Positions 39,445 to 53,625 of a stretch of 64,000 nt of DNA are shown here, one piece after another (the stretch's first letter is position 1; every line of letters starts with the position of its first letter). Under the pieces are notes generated by a model that was not told where the DNA came from, searched no databases, and saw nothing but the letters and a program-made list of their open reading frames with translations. Origin of the DNA: Carcharhinus longimanus (Eukaryota); NCBI GenBank assembly GCA_030264375.1, contig JASCQW010000098.1, positions 42,219,538 to 42,283,537 of the forward strand, read 5' to 3'. The translations under genes and the position numbers were made by a program.

Positions 39445-40145
39445 GAACGTTACTGTGCAAGAGATGATTCGGCCCATTGTGCCAGTGCTGGTTTTTCTAA
39501 AGGACTGTCCAAGTACCACAACATGTGCCCTGCAGAAATTTCAATTATTTACCAATTCCCTTCTGAACATTACTATTAAATTTGCTTTGACCACCCTTTC
39601 AGGCAAAGTATTCCAAAACATACCAGCTTGCAAAGTAAAAACTATTTGTCCTTAACCCACCTTTTATTACTTTAAATCTGTGGCCTCTGGTTACTGATCC
39701 TTCTGTCATTGAAAATAGATTCTGATAAAGTAAGTAAGGAGAAACTTCATTAAATTGCCCCTTAACCTACTTTGCTCTTGTGGTGAACAAACCCAGATTC
39801 TGCAGTGTGTCCAAGTAACTGAACTGCAGCATTCCTGCTGTCAATTCAGTAAATCTACTCACTAAGGACTTGACATCCTAAAGTATGATGCCCAGAATTG
39901 GACATCAGCTGAGGCTTAGCCAGTGATTTATAAAGGTTTAGCAAAACTTCCTTGCTTTTGAACACTGCCTTTGCTTATAAAATTGAATATCCTATATATT
40001 TTAACAGCCTTTTCAGCTTATCCTGTCACCTTCAAAGATTATTGTCCTACAGCTTGAGCTCTTCCTGTTCTTGAACCCCTTTAAAATTGTAGCATTTTGT
40101 TTATATTGGTTCTCCTCATTCTTCCTACCAAAGTGCATCACTTCA
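39445..40145 (-). mobile_element. Old CR1 LINE fragment
   Basis: Reverse CR1 tail (gagatgattcggcccattgtgccagtgctgg) and RT-end remnants. Confidence 0.6.
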
Positions 40146-40501
40146 CTATGAAATACTTTGGAGTCACCTGAGGTGCTGGTTCTTTGTTTATAGAGTTTAT
40201 GGTGCCTCTGTTTCAGTAAAGAGATCTTTCAAACACCAAGGGTGGGATTTTCCAGCTGCGCTTGCCCCAAGACCAGAAAATCCCACCTGAGGTCAGTGGA
40301 ACTTTGCATTGTCCTGTCCTGTCCACAACGATTCCCATGGTGGGTGGGAAAATTCTGCTCCAAATATGTGCTTTTGATACATTTAATATACAAACATTTC
40401 ATCTGAGTAAGCTAAATCTGATAGTGTATAGCCTGGGATGCCTTGCTTCACTCGATCAAAACTCATTTTAACAGAGTCTATGCTTTTAATGTTCAATTTA
40501 G

Positions 40502-40602
40502 CATGCGTCAGATGGAATTACTCGTTTTGATGTAAGATCTGCTTTGAAGCATGAAGATATTGCTCCCTCCATAAGTCTCAAGAGCTGGATTCAGTCTTTG
40601 AG
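40502..40602 (+). CDS. TPP2: TPP2 exon (~exon 19), HASDGITRFDVRSALKHEDIAPSISLKSWIQSLR
   Basis: tttag|CAT...TTGAG|gtaaa; 101 nt. Confidence 0.96.
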
Positions 40603-43288
40603 GTAAACAGCAACTTTAGTTTAGGCCTGTAATTATTCCCTTTTTGGCTTTAAGTTTTACAGCTTCAGAAGAATGCTGTCTGCCATCAGTTTTGCTTCAG
40701 ACATAGTTGGTTGAGGCTGGCAGTAGAATAGAATGTGACTGCAAGGTTTTTCAAATAATCCTGAAAGTAGTCCCTCAAATTGGCTTTCCAGAAGAAACAT
40801 TCCAGTTCTGATGTTCTACTAGTGTTCTTTCTGGTCTCTTTATCTCAACTTATATGAAAGTTGAAATTTCCTATTAAAACCACTTTGACTTTGCTTGTCT
40901 GGCCTCTTCATTCATACAGTTTACCACTTCACAGATCCGATGAGGGAGCCTATATAAAGCTTCCCACTGCAGTATTTTAAATTCTTTGCCATTTCTTAAT
41001 TCTACCATGAAGTCTCCACCACCTGCTTACCTTTCTCATCACTGAAGTGAATTGATTCTTAATTGCTAATGCTATTCTTCTCCTTCCCACTATTTCTCTA
41101 CCTTTCCAGCTGACCTTATAACCTGGTGTATTCCATTCACATTCCTAACCATCTTACTGCCACCAGGCCACGTTCTCCAAGTTGAATTTGCACTTGGAAT
41201 TCATTCATTTTGCTTCTTATACTCATTGGCTGGAGATTTCTTACCCCAAATCAGATGGGAATGGAGGTGGGAAGGTAAGCAAAATGACTGCCAACCAATG
41301 CAGCTATAAATCCTGCCTCCGTTTCCATCCACCTCCCTTTTCCCAAGAGTGATTGAGGGAGTGAACCCTAAACAGTTCCGTTCCTATTAACAACTTCGTT
41401 AACATTGAAGGGTTCATCTGGAAGGTTTTTTGATTTTCTGCAAGTCAGCTGGGGTTCAGCAGCTATAGGATTTTATGATACCTTCCAGGATATGGGAATG
41501 ATACCTTCTTCGCTAATGAGATGAAGATTAAGATGTCCATGTTGTAATCAGCTTGCACTGATTTCTGGTGTGAGGCTGATCATGTTTTTAAAAAAATGGC
41601 CTGGAAAAGTTGCGATCAGTTGGCTGTCACTCACAAATCCCACTATAAGCCCCTCGCTGATATTTCCCAGCTCCCTGCATTATTCAAGCAGCGCAGCAGG
41701 CCAGGAAAATCACAACCATTATTTTTAAGGTTTGACTGTACCTTTCCAATCCCCTGTGAGACTATGACTGTGGGTATGCAGATGCTTTAATCTGCTTCAG
41801 CCCAAAATGATACATTGCCATCTAGAGTATTTGTGACATTAAACTTGATCCCTGATCAGAATGAACTTATATTGTAACCAGTACCTGGTGAAAAACTGAA
41901 TTAATCCTTTCATTACCACACTTGCAGTATTTTTTTCTGAAGAGAACTGTCCCTGGGAATCGGTTATACAAATCCATAGTAGTTAAAAGATATGATGCCC
42001 TGTTTTGGTTATGGGTATAGACAACCCACTAGAACCCTATTCAGTGGTTCATTTAAAACGGTTACTGGGATCAGTGATGCTGCTCTAATTGATGGCTGAA
42101 GCTTCCAAAACAAATTGAGAGGTATAACATGATTTGCAGAATTGAACCACATCACCAGGCAATCTTGACCAATAAAAGCCATTATTTCCCTCGTTTCCCT
42201 TCAATAATCAGGTAGATAATAATTTAATGGTCCTCTGCTGATCTCTAAGAAGGGCTGCACTTCTTCACCAATATGTCAGCTGTTAGACAATAACATTCAG
42301 GGATCCTTTCTGATTCTTTCTCCGAATATGCCATCCGAGACATAGCTGACAAACCAGCATCTGACTGTTGGGCTTTAATCAAGGTAGTTGAGCTAAATAA
42401 ATCAGTCACGTTATTTTCAGGATCTTTAACCTTGTGAAAATCCTCAAAAAAAAGCCCTAATTGAGCACCTGAATGATCCTCCCTCCCAATTGATTCTATT
42501 TCATTCTATTTATTCTCATGAGTTTGGATGCTAGTTAACACACTGGGAACATTCCATGATGCCCATCCTGCAAAATCTTAGTTTCTTTCGCCTCATGCGG
42601 AATCTTGGAACTCTGGAGGTGCTAATGCTTCAAACCTGCCAAATCATTAGTCACTGTAAAATATGTCCTTCAATAGGTCAACTCTGAACAATTTGAGATC
42701 GAAACACATAGTAATGAAATTAGTTAATACGAATCTTGCCAATTGATCAGGTCTGAAGCTCAAATCAGTTTGGTCTAGAAAGATGAACCTGGTACCACAT
42801 AACCACGAACTTAACCCCCAATATGGAAAATGGTTTCTAAAAATGTAGCAAATTGCAAACTTGAAGCTGAAAATCTCCAGAAGTTGAGTGTGTTGAAGAG
42901 TGTAATGAAAAAGTATTGACCTATTTCTACATATTAACAGCATGAAGGGATCTGTGATTAGTGTAGGAAGATGGTGTTGAAGTAAATAATGGGCAGAGCA
43001 GGTTCAAAGGGCTGAATGATGTCCTCCTCTTATTGTTTACGTCCTCATTTTAGTATGAACAAATGGTAATAATCAGATCTGTATTTTATTGTTTTGTGAA
43101 ATTAGTTTTTCTTATCTAAACTGCATTGAAAAATAAGAGATCAAAACTGCCATCAGTGTTAACAAAATATTTGTTGAAAGGAAGCATTTCCACAGAGATT
43201 CTGGATATAAAATCATCTGTTCACATCAGTAATACCTCATTGAAGTAATTTTTTTTAGGTGAAACTCTTCTGTGTTTTGAAATTTCAG

Positions 43289-43385
43289 ACCAATAAGTGC
43301 AAAAACAAAGCCTTTAGGACAACGGGATACGTTACCAAACAATCGACAATTCTATGAGATTATTTTGACATACAACTTTCACCAG
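43289..43385 (+). CDS. TPP2: TPP2 exon (~exon 20), PISAKTKPLGQRDTLPNNRQFYEIILTYNFHQ
   Basis: ttcag|A...CAG|gtaag; 97 nt. Confidence 0.96.
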
Positions 43386-43469
43386 GTAAGTACTACAAAT
43401 TAAGAGAAGAAAATGTATTTGTGTAGCTTTTTTAAAAACAGTTTTCCGTTTCATGCCATGTTTCTTTTC

Positions 43470-44580
43470 ATTCACTCATGAGATGTGGTTGTGAATTGCC
43501 CATCCTTAATCGCCCTCGAGAAGGTGACAGTGAGCTGTCTTGAATCGCTGCAGTCCTTGCAGTATAGGTGCACCCACAGTGGTATTAGGGAGCGCACTCT
43601 AGATTTTGACCCCGAAACAGTGAAAGAATGGCGATACGTTTTCAAGTCAGGGTGGTGAGTAGCTGGGGGCGGGTATAAAGTTGTTCCCATGTGTCTGCTA
43701 CTCGTCCTTCTGGGTTTGGAAGATATTGTCTAAGGAGGTTTGCGGAGTTGCTGCAGTGCATCTTATAGATGGTGCAAATGGCTGCCACTTTGTGTCATAG
43801 TGAAGGGAGTGCATGTTTGTGGATGGAGTGTCAATCAAACAGGCTGCTTGTCCTGAATGATGTCAAGCCTATTGAGAGTTGTAGGAACAGCACTCACCCA
43901 TGAACTGAAGAATATTCCATCATGCTCCTGGAATTCCTCAGATCAGCTCTGCTAGCCACAGTATTTATATGGCTAGTCCACTTCAGTTTCTGGTCTTTGG
44001 TAATGCCCAGGATGTTGATAGTGGAGGATTCAGCGATGGTAATGCCATTAAATGACAAGAGTTGATGGTTAGATTCTCTTGTTGGAGATGGTCACTGCCT
44101 GGCACTTCTGTAACCCCAAACATTACTTGCCAATTGTCAGCCCAAACTTGGAGATTGTCCAGATCTTGCTGCATTTGGACATGGACTATTTCAGTATCTG
44201 AGGAATCATGAATTGTGCTGAACATTGTGCAATCATCAGTGAAGATTCCCATTTCTTACCTTATGATGGATTGAAGCAGCTGAAATAGTTGGGCGCAGAA
44301 CACTACCATGAGGAACTACTGAAGTGATGCCCTGGAATTGAAATGATTTTTGAAATTTGAAGATTGAAATGAATTGAACATTCACAACCATCTTCCTTTG
44401 TGCTAGGAATGACTCCAACCAGCAGAGAGCTTTCTCCCTGATTCCAATTGAGTGCTGTTTTTCTAGGGCTCCTTGACTTTACACTTAGCCAAATGTTGCC
44501 TTGATTTCAAGGGCCAGTCACTCTTACCTCACCTCTGGAGTTCAGCTCTCTTGTCTGTGTTTGAACTAAGGCCAGAGCTG
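43470..44580 (-). mobile_element. CR1-clade LINE 3' fragment
   Basis: GITSVVPHGSVLRP; MGIFTDDCTMFSTIHDSSDTE..MQQDLDNLQVWADNWQV. Confidence 0.85.
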
Positions 44581-45167
44581 AGTGCAACAGTTGAGGTCTT
44601 GTTCATTGTTTTGTGAGTAGACCTCAACATAATCAATCATACATGCTTTTATTGCCTCCAGATTTGACTATTCTAACACATTCCTGACTGCCTCCATGTT
44701 CTGTAAACTTCATCCAAACTCTGCCAGTATCCTAACTCACACCAAATCTCATTCACCCATCATCTCTGTGCTTGCTGACTTACAAAGGCTCCAAACTAGG
44801 AAACACCTTGATTTTTAAAATTCTTATTCTTGTTTTCAAATTTCCCCATGGTCTCAACCCCAACTCCTCCTCTCCCCACCTCTGTCTCTGAAATCTCCTC
44901 CACCCTACAGACCTCTGATTTTTCAGTACTTCTCCAGTTTTGGCATCTTGAGCCTGCATAATTTTAATTATTTCAGTCACAGCAGTGACTCTCACTACGA
45001 TGGGCTGGATTCTCTCCCTAAATTTCTCTCCCTTTTTTCTCCTGCAAGCTGCTCCTTAAAACCTTAAAAGCAACGGCTCCTGTTTATATTGCACTTTAAA
45101 CATAATGAAATAACCCACGGTGCTTCATAAGACATTGTCAAAGAAGGTATGACATCAAGCCACATAA

Positions 45168-45500
45168 GAATAGAATCCCTACAGAATCCCAGAATTGCAT
45201 AGAATCCCTACAGTGCAGAAGGAGGCCATTCAGCCTATTGAGCCTGTGCCAACAACAATCCCACCCAGATCCTATCTCTTAACCCCACATATTTACTCAC
45301 TAACTCCTCTAACCTATGTATCTTTGGACACTAAGGAGCAATTTAACATGGCCAGTCATCCTTGCCTACACATCTTTGGACTGTGGGAGGAAATCGGAGC
45401 ATCCAAAGGAAACCCACCAGATGCAGGTAGAATGTGCAAACTCCACAGTCACCCAAGACTGGAATTGAACCTGGGTTTCTGGCGCTGTGAGGCAACAGTG
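45168..45500 (-). mobile_element. HE1-like SINE with duplicated tail units (tagaatccctacag)
   Basis: Reverse of the V-SINE core and CR1-type tail. Confidence 0.85.
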
Positions 45501-46644
45501 CATTACAATGTTGATGTAAGCTTACTTGTGACACTAATAAATAAACTTTTTCGTAACCATGGAAATTACCCTATCCCCGCAATTTTGCGATGGTTGGTAG
45601 GCAAATGTGGGCTGATGGGGATTTTATTCTGGCAGTCCTACCAAGTAAAAATCAGGTGGGAAGAGGACTGGAAGCAAGATGTCATTCAATGTTAAGTTTT
45701 TTTACTTGGGCTTGTAGAACCAGTCGGAACGTTCTGTAAACTCCCTAAGACAAGTTCAGATCTACTAGACTTCACTCTGTGGACACAGAATTTACTGGTT
45801 GCAACCAATTTCCACACTTAACTGAGCGCAGGCAGACAGTTGAGAGCCCCCTGAATCTCTGCATGATGGTAGTTATTTCCTGTTGTTCCAGGTAGTAAGT
45901 CAGCTAACATTATGTTTAAGTGTCCCATTGGATAAATTGGTCAGAGGCTTATTCTGCATTGAGAGTACACTCTGGTTTCTCTTGATCCTATAAATAAATA
46001 TAGGAATATAACTGACACTAGTGTTTTCCATCGAAAACTTGCTAATGATTAAAATCCTGATCAAGATGAAGATGAATGGGGCGCATGAGTTGATGTTATT
46101 TCAACAACAGATTGCCAAGATGTGCGTGTAGAATACACACCACAGAATGAATGCTCTCTATACAGCCACATCACACATTTACAAAGTTGGAGGGCATTCT
46201 GTTGTTTACAGAAATAACAGTCAAGTTCTGGTATTAGTTATATTGTTATGAGACTGATGAACTATGGTTGACACCAAGAAGTGACTGTCCTGAAAGAATG
46301 TCAGTTCTGCTATTTCTAACTCGAGTAGACAAACACTTTTTTAAAAAAAAAATGATATCAGTTTGTTACAAATGAGAAATATCCTTACAACTTTGAAGGA
46401 ACAGAACTATAGTTGATAGAAACGCAGACTTATCCTCCAATACTTTGATATTTAAAAAAGTCTGCCCCCAACGTTTGATTTCTAACTGTAATTAGAATTA
46501 TTAATAAATGACAGGAAGTTAAAAGAAGAAAGCATGCCTTCATTATAATCTTACAGTGCATGCAGTTTTTCAAAAATCATATACAAATCTTTCAAATTTT
46601 CACTTTAAATGGCTATGATGTCAATTTTTTCTTTCCAACTGTAG

Positions 46645-46782
46645 CCCAAGAATGGTGAGGTGACTACCAGCTGTCCTCTACTTTGTGAGCTACTGTACGA
46701 GTCTGAATTTGATAGCCAACTGTGGATGTTGTATGATCAAAACAAAAAGCTGATGGGCTCAGGGGATGCCTACCCACACCAG
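46645..46782 (+). CDS. TPP2: TPP2 exon (~exon 21), [46 protein letters not shown]
   Basis: tgtag|CCC...CAG|gtaac; 138 nt. Confidence 0.97.
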
Positions 46783-47389
46783 GTAACTAAAGTTCAATAA
46801 CACTGGAACTCATCAAAACATTGAGTGCGTAGAGAGTTCATGATTTTCCTTAAAATTGTCTAGCTGTCAGGTGATATTACTGTATTAGAATTCTGATCAA
46901 ACATCACAAGTTGCTTTTCTCATAGTTTTCATACTTAGTTTGACCTTTCTTATCTTTATGCCTGGGTGCTCATGTTTGCGATATTTTGAAGCAAATTATT
47001 TTTGGAATATGCACTATTTTGATTCTCAAGGTTGTTCTTTTAATATCTGATGTATCCAGGGCTCATGTTTTAAATTGTTATCAATCATATCTATGTTTTA
47101 CACCAACATGGAGGAAAGGTGAGATTGAGAAAGTAAATCATGGTTCAGATACATTTTAAGTAATGTTCAAATACTATTCTGCTTTTCTATTCTTTGTGTC
47201 AAAATCAACAATCTCACATTTTCCCTCATTGTACTCCATCTGCCAAATTTTCACCCACTCAGTTAGCCGAACTATATTCCTTTGCAAACATTTTGTATAT
47301 TCCTCACAATTTGCTTTCTTCCTTATCTTTCTATCAAGTTTAGTCAGCAAATTCATCTAACATACACTCTGTCCCTTCATCCAAATCAG

Positions 47390-48298
47390 TGGCCTGAATC
47401 TTCCAAGCAGTGGCAATGACGGGCAGGTTGTTGCTTTGCTCAAATTCCCCAACTCGACACTGCTGTGTATTCCTTCTGGGACCTTCCAAACTTGGTTTTC
47501 CTAGCAATATTTCAGGGAACTTCTTTGGATTGGGGTTGGGGGAAGACAGGACATGTAACCTTTTTATGGTGCTAGCTGCTGTCTGAATATTATTAAACAG
47601 ATAGATGAATGGATGAGTCAATGAATGGATAGGTAAAGTGGGTCAGTTGATAGGCCAGTGAGNNNNNNNNNNNNNNNNNNNNNNNNNNNNNNNNNNNNNN
47701 NNNNNNNNNNNNNNNNNNNNNNNNNTTCTAGTTGGGTGAAAGTGGGTGGGGTGGGTAAATGAGTGAGGTGGTGGATGGTGTCAGTCAAGTGAATGGGAGG
47801 CATAGTCAGGTCAAGAAGTGGATAATTAGGGGTTTGGGGGTAGTCAGGTTAGTTTGGGGAGTCATTGGCTTGGAGGGAGGTAGTCAAGTCAGATCAGTGG
47901 ATGGTCTGGTTGAGGTGGTACACAGGTTAGGCCAGGGAGTAAGTTGGGTTGTTGGGGTTAGTCGTGTTTGGTTGGGAGGGTAGTCAAGTCAGTTTGAGAG
48001 AATGGCCAGCTGTGTGGTTGGCTGGTTGGGGCTGGTGACTGGGGAGAGTTGGGGGCAGGTAGTCATAATCAGTTGTATAGCTAGCCGTATGTTAAACTAG
48101 GATTTTCTAACATTTCCTTGGTAAGTATCTCAGAACTACCAAAATTTCGCAGAGGGTGCCAGGGAGCAGGGTAATTGCCCATTGGAAATTGAAACTTCCT
48201 GGGCAATTCCCATAGAGATCTGTGCAGAGGGTCCCGATGCACTTCATCAGTTGTATGCCTGGTACCGGAGGATTTGGAGAATGAAAGATTTGTTCCAT
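47390..48298. mobile_element. Putative non-autonomous DNA transposon with G-rich core
   Basis: Imperfect terminal inverted repeats tggcctgaatcttcc / gaaagatttgttcca; cleanly interrupts CR1. Confidence 0.6.
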
Positions 48299-48737
48299 TA
48301 ATAAAGATTGAAATAGTTGAAGCCCCAACAGTGATCCCTGTGGCACTCCACGAGTTACAATTTGCCAATCCGAGAATGATTCATGTACTTGTCCTCCCTG
48401 TTTCCCATTGATTAATCAATCCTCTGCCCATTCTAATATATCATCCTTGAAACCATGAGCTATGTGGGCCACCTTGTCAAATTATTTTTGGAAATCCAAA
48501 TGCACTACATTTATTGTTTGCTTTTATCGACCCTGCTTCTTGCATTCTCAAAGAACCCTTAATAAATTTGTCAAACACTTCTTCCCTCTCACAAAGCCAT
48601 GTTGACTCTGCCTGATTCTATTCAGATTTTCTAAATATCCTGTGACTATTTCCTTAGTAATATATTCTAGCATTTTCCTAATTATAGATGTTTGGCTGAC
48701 TGGCCTATAGTTTCCTGCTTTCTGCTTCCTTCCGTTC

Positions 48738-49040
48738 AGCATGGCGGCACAGTGCTTAGCACTGCTGCCTCACAGCGCCAGGGACCCGGGTTCAATTCCC
48801 AGCTTGGGGACTGTCTGAATGGAGTTTGCACGTTCTCCCCCTATCTGAATTTCCTCCCACGGTCCAAAAATGTGCGATTTAGGTTGATTGGCCATGCTAA
48901 ATTGAACCTTTACTGTTAGCGGGATGTCAGGGGGATTAGTAGGTTGGATATGTGGGGTTACAGGCTTAGGCCTGGGTGGGATTGTTGGCACAGGCTTGAT
49001 GGGTTGAATGGTCTCCTGCACTGTAAGTATTCTATGATTC
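48738..49040 (+). mobile_element. HE1-like V-SINE
   Basis: ggcacagtgcttagcactgctgcctcacagcgccagggacccgggttcaattcc; CR1-type tail. Confidence 0.88.
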
Positions 49041-50069
49041 CTTTCTTGAATAGAGGTGTAGCATTTGCAGTTTTCCAATCCTGAGACATTTCCAGAATCC
49101 AGAGAATTTTGGAAGATTATGAAATATGCATCCACTATTGCTGCTGCCACTTCTTTTGAAGACCTTAGGATACAGAACATAAAAACATGTATTATATCAT
49201 GCTGACAGTCCCTTATGACAGAACATCTAGAAATAATCTAGATTTATAAAGTCCCAGCAGCTGAAAGCTATTATGTTGGCTACTTTAACACTTTTGACTC
49301 CATTAAATTTCACATTTCTTCTAAATTTGCTGCTCCCTTGACTACAGCCACCATTGCAGTTTTAAAACCATTGACCATACTTGATGACCAATGAGCATAG
49401 TGATCTGTCAGCAGATATGTTCAACTGCAGCTAATTGTTAAATCTGCCTTTCAAAGGACAGATAATCACAGAATTCTGACATCATCTGAAACTGCAGAAA
49501 CAGTTTCCTCACAAACTGGTGCCTCTGATTTCCCCTCACTGCATTTTCACGTGAGATATCAAAGCAATAATTTCAACCTCTAACAGGAAATCTGCAGGCA
49601 TAGGAAGTGTGTGATAAAGTTAGAATGACAGCACAGTTAGCAAAATTCCCCTGCCAGCATGTTGCTCCTGACTGGGAGATTGGAAATGCTAAATAACCAT
49701 TCAAATGCAGGGCTACTTCATAATTTGTCTGATGCTTCTTGCTCCACCCCTGGTTCCCACCCCTTATTCCATAATTTTGAACACAACTTCTTTCTTGCTC
49801 TCATTAAACTTACCTTGTCCATGAAGCCCATTTTTAACTCTTCTGACCCAGCTCCTGACCATCCAGCTTCCCTCCATCAATTTCATACTTGCAGAGTTCT
49901 CACGTCATTTAAAAACCACATAATCATGATTGCCACTGAAACAGTTCTTTTGATAGTCTGGAATAGGTCCCACTTCTCCCATCATTCATGTTCAAAACTC
50001 TCATCAGGCTTCCACTTATTCACAACCCTGAAACTCTACTAGTTAAATTGAAAAGAGCAATCTTAATGA

Positions 50070-50565
50070 AGAAGTAAAAGCAGAAAATGCTGGAAATTCT
50101 CAGAAGGTCAGGCAGAATCTTTGGAAAGAGAAACAAAGTTACCAGGTTTGATTTTTAGGCACCGCTGGGACCTGGATCAGAGATGAGTGGAAACTAAAAA
50201 TAGTCCTGCCAGCCAGTATGTCAGTTTCATCCTCCCTTTGTGCTATTTCCATGGTGACAAAGGGTTGGCAGGGCCAGATCGTAGGGCCACATCCCGCATA
50301 CAGTTGGTAGCTGACACAGATCGTTAAGAGCGACTTAAGGCCTATTAAAGGTGGACAACTTGGAATTCCTAATCCCTCTTGTCCTTTTTCCCAACCTCAC
50401 CCTTTCACTTGCATAAAACCTGTCAGACTCTTTTCACAATCAAAGATCATCAAACTAAAATGTTAATCTTTTCTCTCTCTCCGTAAGTGCTGCCTGATTT
50501 ACTGAGTATGTTGTCCACCACTTTGTTTTATATTTCAGATTTCCGGCATCCACAGTATTTTTACA
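50070..50565. mobile_element. PLE-derived foldback element with an internal insertion
   Basis: Arms gcagaaaatgctggaaattctcag / ctgagtatg...tttcagatttccggcatccacagtattttt. Confidence 0.55.
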
Positions 50566-51324
50566 TCTATAATCTTCTTAAACTTTGCTCTTTATCCTAC
50601 TTTAATCTTGTTTTCTGTAGTCAGAGCCAAATGCAGCTCTCCTCCATGTCTTTATTACCTTAGGCTCAATTTTCTCAGTATTCCCCTTTCCAGCCCCATT
50701 CTAGTGAATCAACTTCAAGAACTATATCCTTGCCTTCAAATTTCTCCAATGCCTTGCCCATTCCCCTGAATAATCTCCTGCAACAATGCATTCCTTCTTT
50801 CATCCTCTACACTTTTGATTGTAGACAACTTCTTCTTACTAAGTCCTATCAATTGACAGCCCCTCCTACAGCCGCAATGCCCAGTCTCTCTTCCCCTTGT
50901 ACCATAATATTGTCATCCTCTCTATTTAGAAACTTCTTTGGGACAGCTCCCTTAAGACTGCTTTATTTTCTCAATCTCTTTTCTCTTTTTCTTTGCCTTA
51001 TCCATTCTTTCTTCACCTTATATAAAACAGTTTTGCAATATTGCTCTGTGAGATTCTTTTACTGCTGTTATCAACTCATTCTTCCATAAGTTAAAAAATT
51101 AAATCAATCACTGTGCAATATAAACAAGACAATGATGGAATTGTTTATCTTTCGCCTATAAACCGAACCATTATTGAAATGTAGGTCGAACTAACCCTCA
51201 TGTAAGCTCCCAACATGTTTTTATAAATCAGTAAAGGTGGGGCAGGGTTATGTGCCCTTGGATTCCAAAATGGAATCCATGGTCGATGCATACATTTCTG
51301 GTACAAAGCACACTTAATGGTAAC

Positions 51325-51795
51325 GTAGGAACAGTAGTGGGCCATTCAGCCCATTGAGCTTGCTCCACCATTTAATACGATCACAGCTGATTGGACACTT
51401 TGATGTCTTTTACACCCACTATCCCCATAACCCTTTACGTTATTGTTAATCAGAAATCTGTGAATCTCTGTTTTAAACATACTCAATGAATGTGCTTCCA
51501 GGAGTCCTTGGGATAGAGAATTCCATAAATTCACAACACTCTGTGCAAAGAAATTTTTCCTTGTCTCTGTTCTAAGTAGCATCCCCCGTAATTTGAAATT
51601 GTGTCCCTGGTTCGAGACTCCCCATCCAAGGCAAACATCTTGCCTGCATCTACCCTATCTATTCCTTTAAATATTTTGTAGGTTTCAATGAAATCACCTC
51701 TCATTCTTTGAAACTCTGGAGAATACAGGCCCAGTTTGCCCAATCTCTCTTCATAAGGCAGTCCCACCATCCTCAGAACAAGTTTGGTGAACCCA
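51325..51795 (-). mobile_element. CR1 LINE 3' end
   Basis: GLPYEERLGKLGLYSPEFQRMRGDFIETYKI; RKNFFAQSVVNLWNSL. Confidence 0.9.
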
Positions 51796-52309
51796 ATAAA
51801 GTGTTAGCTTATTTGCACTTGATGTCCGCCAGAAGTATACAGAGTGGAAGATTATGAAAGCAATCAGCATGCTTCACTGATTTGATGCCAGCGCTAAAGC
51901 TGTGCCTCCAGCCAACCTCCTTTTTTAGACTGAGCTGAACATGCACAAAGCAGCATGAAGGACTGTGACCGCCCACCCCACACCCCTGACACCAGCACTA
52001 TTTGAAAGGAATCCTTAAATATATTTATGTATGTATTATATGATTATATAGAGATATATCTATATAAATATACATTCATTCTTCACGCATGTTTTTATCT
52101 GGCTGAAACTTCCAAACTGCATGTAGTTGTGGGTACCCCAAAGATGCAGTGGGGATTTCTACCTTCCAAGGTAACGTTTGCGTGGCAATTGCCCTGCACT
52201 AGGACCATCAGAAAATGTGATTTAAATTACAAACATCAGATTGTTCCAACTGTGTTACATCAATAGTTACCCATCGCAAGGCAATGGCGAGATTATTAAT
52301 CCGAAAATT

Positions 52310-52560
52310 CGGCTAATGCTCTGGGGACCCGGGTTGGAATCGCGATTAAGAATCTACTGATGACCATTGTCGACTGTTGGAAAACCCCATCTGGTTCACT
52401 AATGTCCTTTAGGGAAGGAAATCTGCCGGTCTGACCTACATGTGACTAGAGCCACAGCAATGTGGTTGACCCTCAATTGCCCTCTGAACAAGGGCAATTA
52501 GGGATGGGCAATAAATGATGGGCAACCAGTGATTCATATGTCCCAAAAATGAAGGAAAAA
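52310..52560 (+). mobile_element. tRNA-type SINE sharing its tail with the 43470 CR1-clade LINE
   Basis: ggggacccgggtt B-box-like; core ctggttcactaatgtcctttagggaaggaaatctgcc; tail aagggcaattagggatgggcaataaatg. Confidence 0.7.
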
Positions 52561-53380
52561 AGTTAGAAGGATTAAAAACCACTTCTAACTTCTGGGTAGC
52601 TATTATAGAAACCCACACACACTTCTCACAGCACTGGCCCAACCACTTGATCATTCTCCCTGCCCAACACACAGGTTCCATTACCTACCCTGCACCCCAT
52701 CCCCAAGGCCTGATTGCCTCTCCCTTCCCCCAGCCATTTTCTCTCTGAGAACCTTTAAACTTGGCTGGACCATTAACTTAAACCTGGTTTATGGCAGCTA
52801 ATGCCATTAGCATCCTTACACCTGAATGAGCTGCCCTCGACAATAGGCCACAGGGATGCACTGAACTATCCGAACCTCACCCAGCCTGAATCAGAAGGTG
52901 GAGTGCAATAGAATGAGAAACATTTTGAATTAAGTAAGTAAAACAAAGTGGCAATCCAACTCTGATTGCTTCCGCGTGGTATATCGGACCCCATGTATAT
53001 TTATTTAACATGCTTCTGTTGCCTATATGCTGATGTTAAAATGAATGGTTGACATCAAAGTTGAAAATGAAATATAGTTTGGAATAACTATTTCAATGTG
53101 CACTTCTATTGCACTTTGAAATTGGAATATTTGTTCTGAACCAGTAGAGGGGCATTTGTAATTCTGTAGACTTCGCTTCACCCTTGAAATTACAGTGAAT
53201 GAAAATATTGATACTCTAAGTTATTTTCACGTGCTTCCTTAGTCTTCAGTCGCCCTGTTTAATAAGTGTTATTCATGCTGAAGCAAATTATTAATTGCTC
53301 ATTTACATTTTAACCTGAAAATAAATGATGAGCTTCAAAAGAACAATCTTCAATTTACTTTCCACTTTTCTTTGCAACAG

Positions 53381-53625
53381 TATTCTCTGAAGTTGGAGAA
53401 GGGAGACTATACCATCCGGCTGCAAGTACGCCATGAACAGCTTAGTGAACTGGAACGCCTTAAGGACCTTCCAATTATTGTATCCCATAGACTCCCCAGT
53501 CCTCTGAATTTAGATGTTTACGATTGTCACAGCAATGCACTTCTAGGCAAGAAAAAGAACAACAATGCAACTCTACCACCAAACTGCTCGCAACCTTTCT
53601 TTGTTGCTTCTCTTCCTGATGATAA
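53381..53625 (+). CDS. TPP2: TPP2 exon (~exon 22), [20 protein letters not shown]...[11 protein letters not shown]
   Basis: aacag|TAT...GATAA|gtaag; 245 nt; visible in ORF 53372..53629. Confidence 0.97.

Larger units (their letters stand above)
47165..49175 (-). mobile_element. CR1 LINE fragment split by a DNA element (47390-48298) and a SINE (48738-49040)
   Basis: WQMEYNEGKCEI; AGNYRPVSQTSIIRKMLE..QSQHGF; the CR1 pieces join across both inserts. Confidence 0.8.

Noticed and set aside
48738-48805. tRNA gene-like A/B boxes (also at 14310 and 60101)
   Set aside because: These are SINE heads followed by V core and LINE tail, not tRNA genes.
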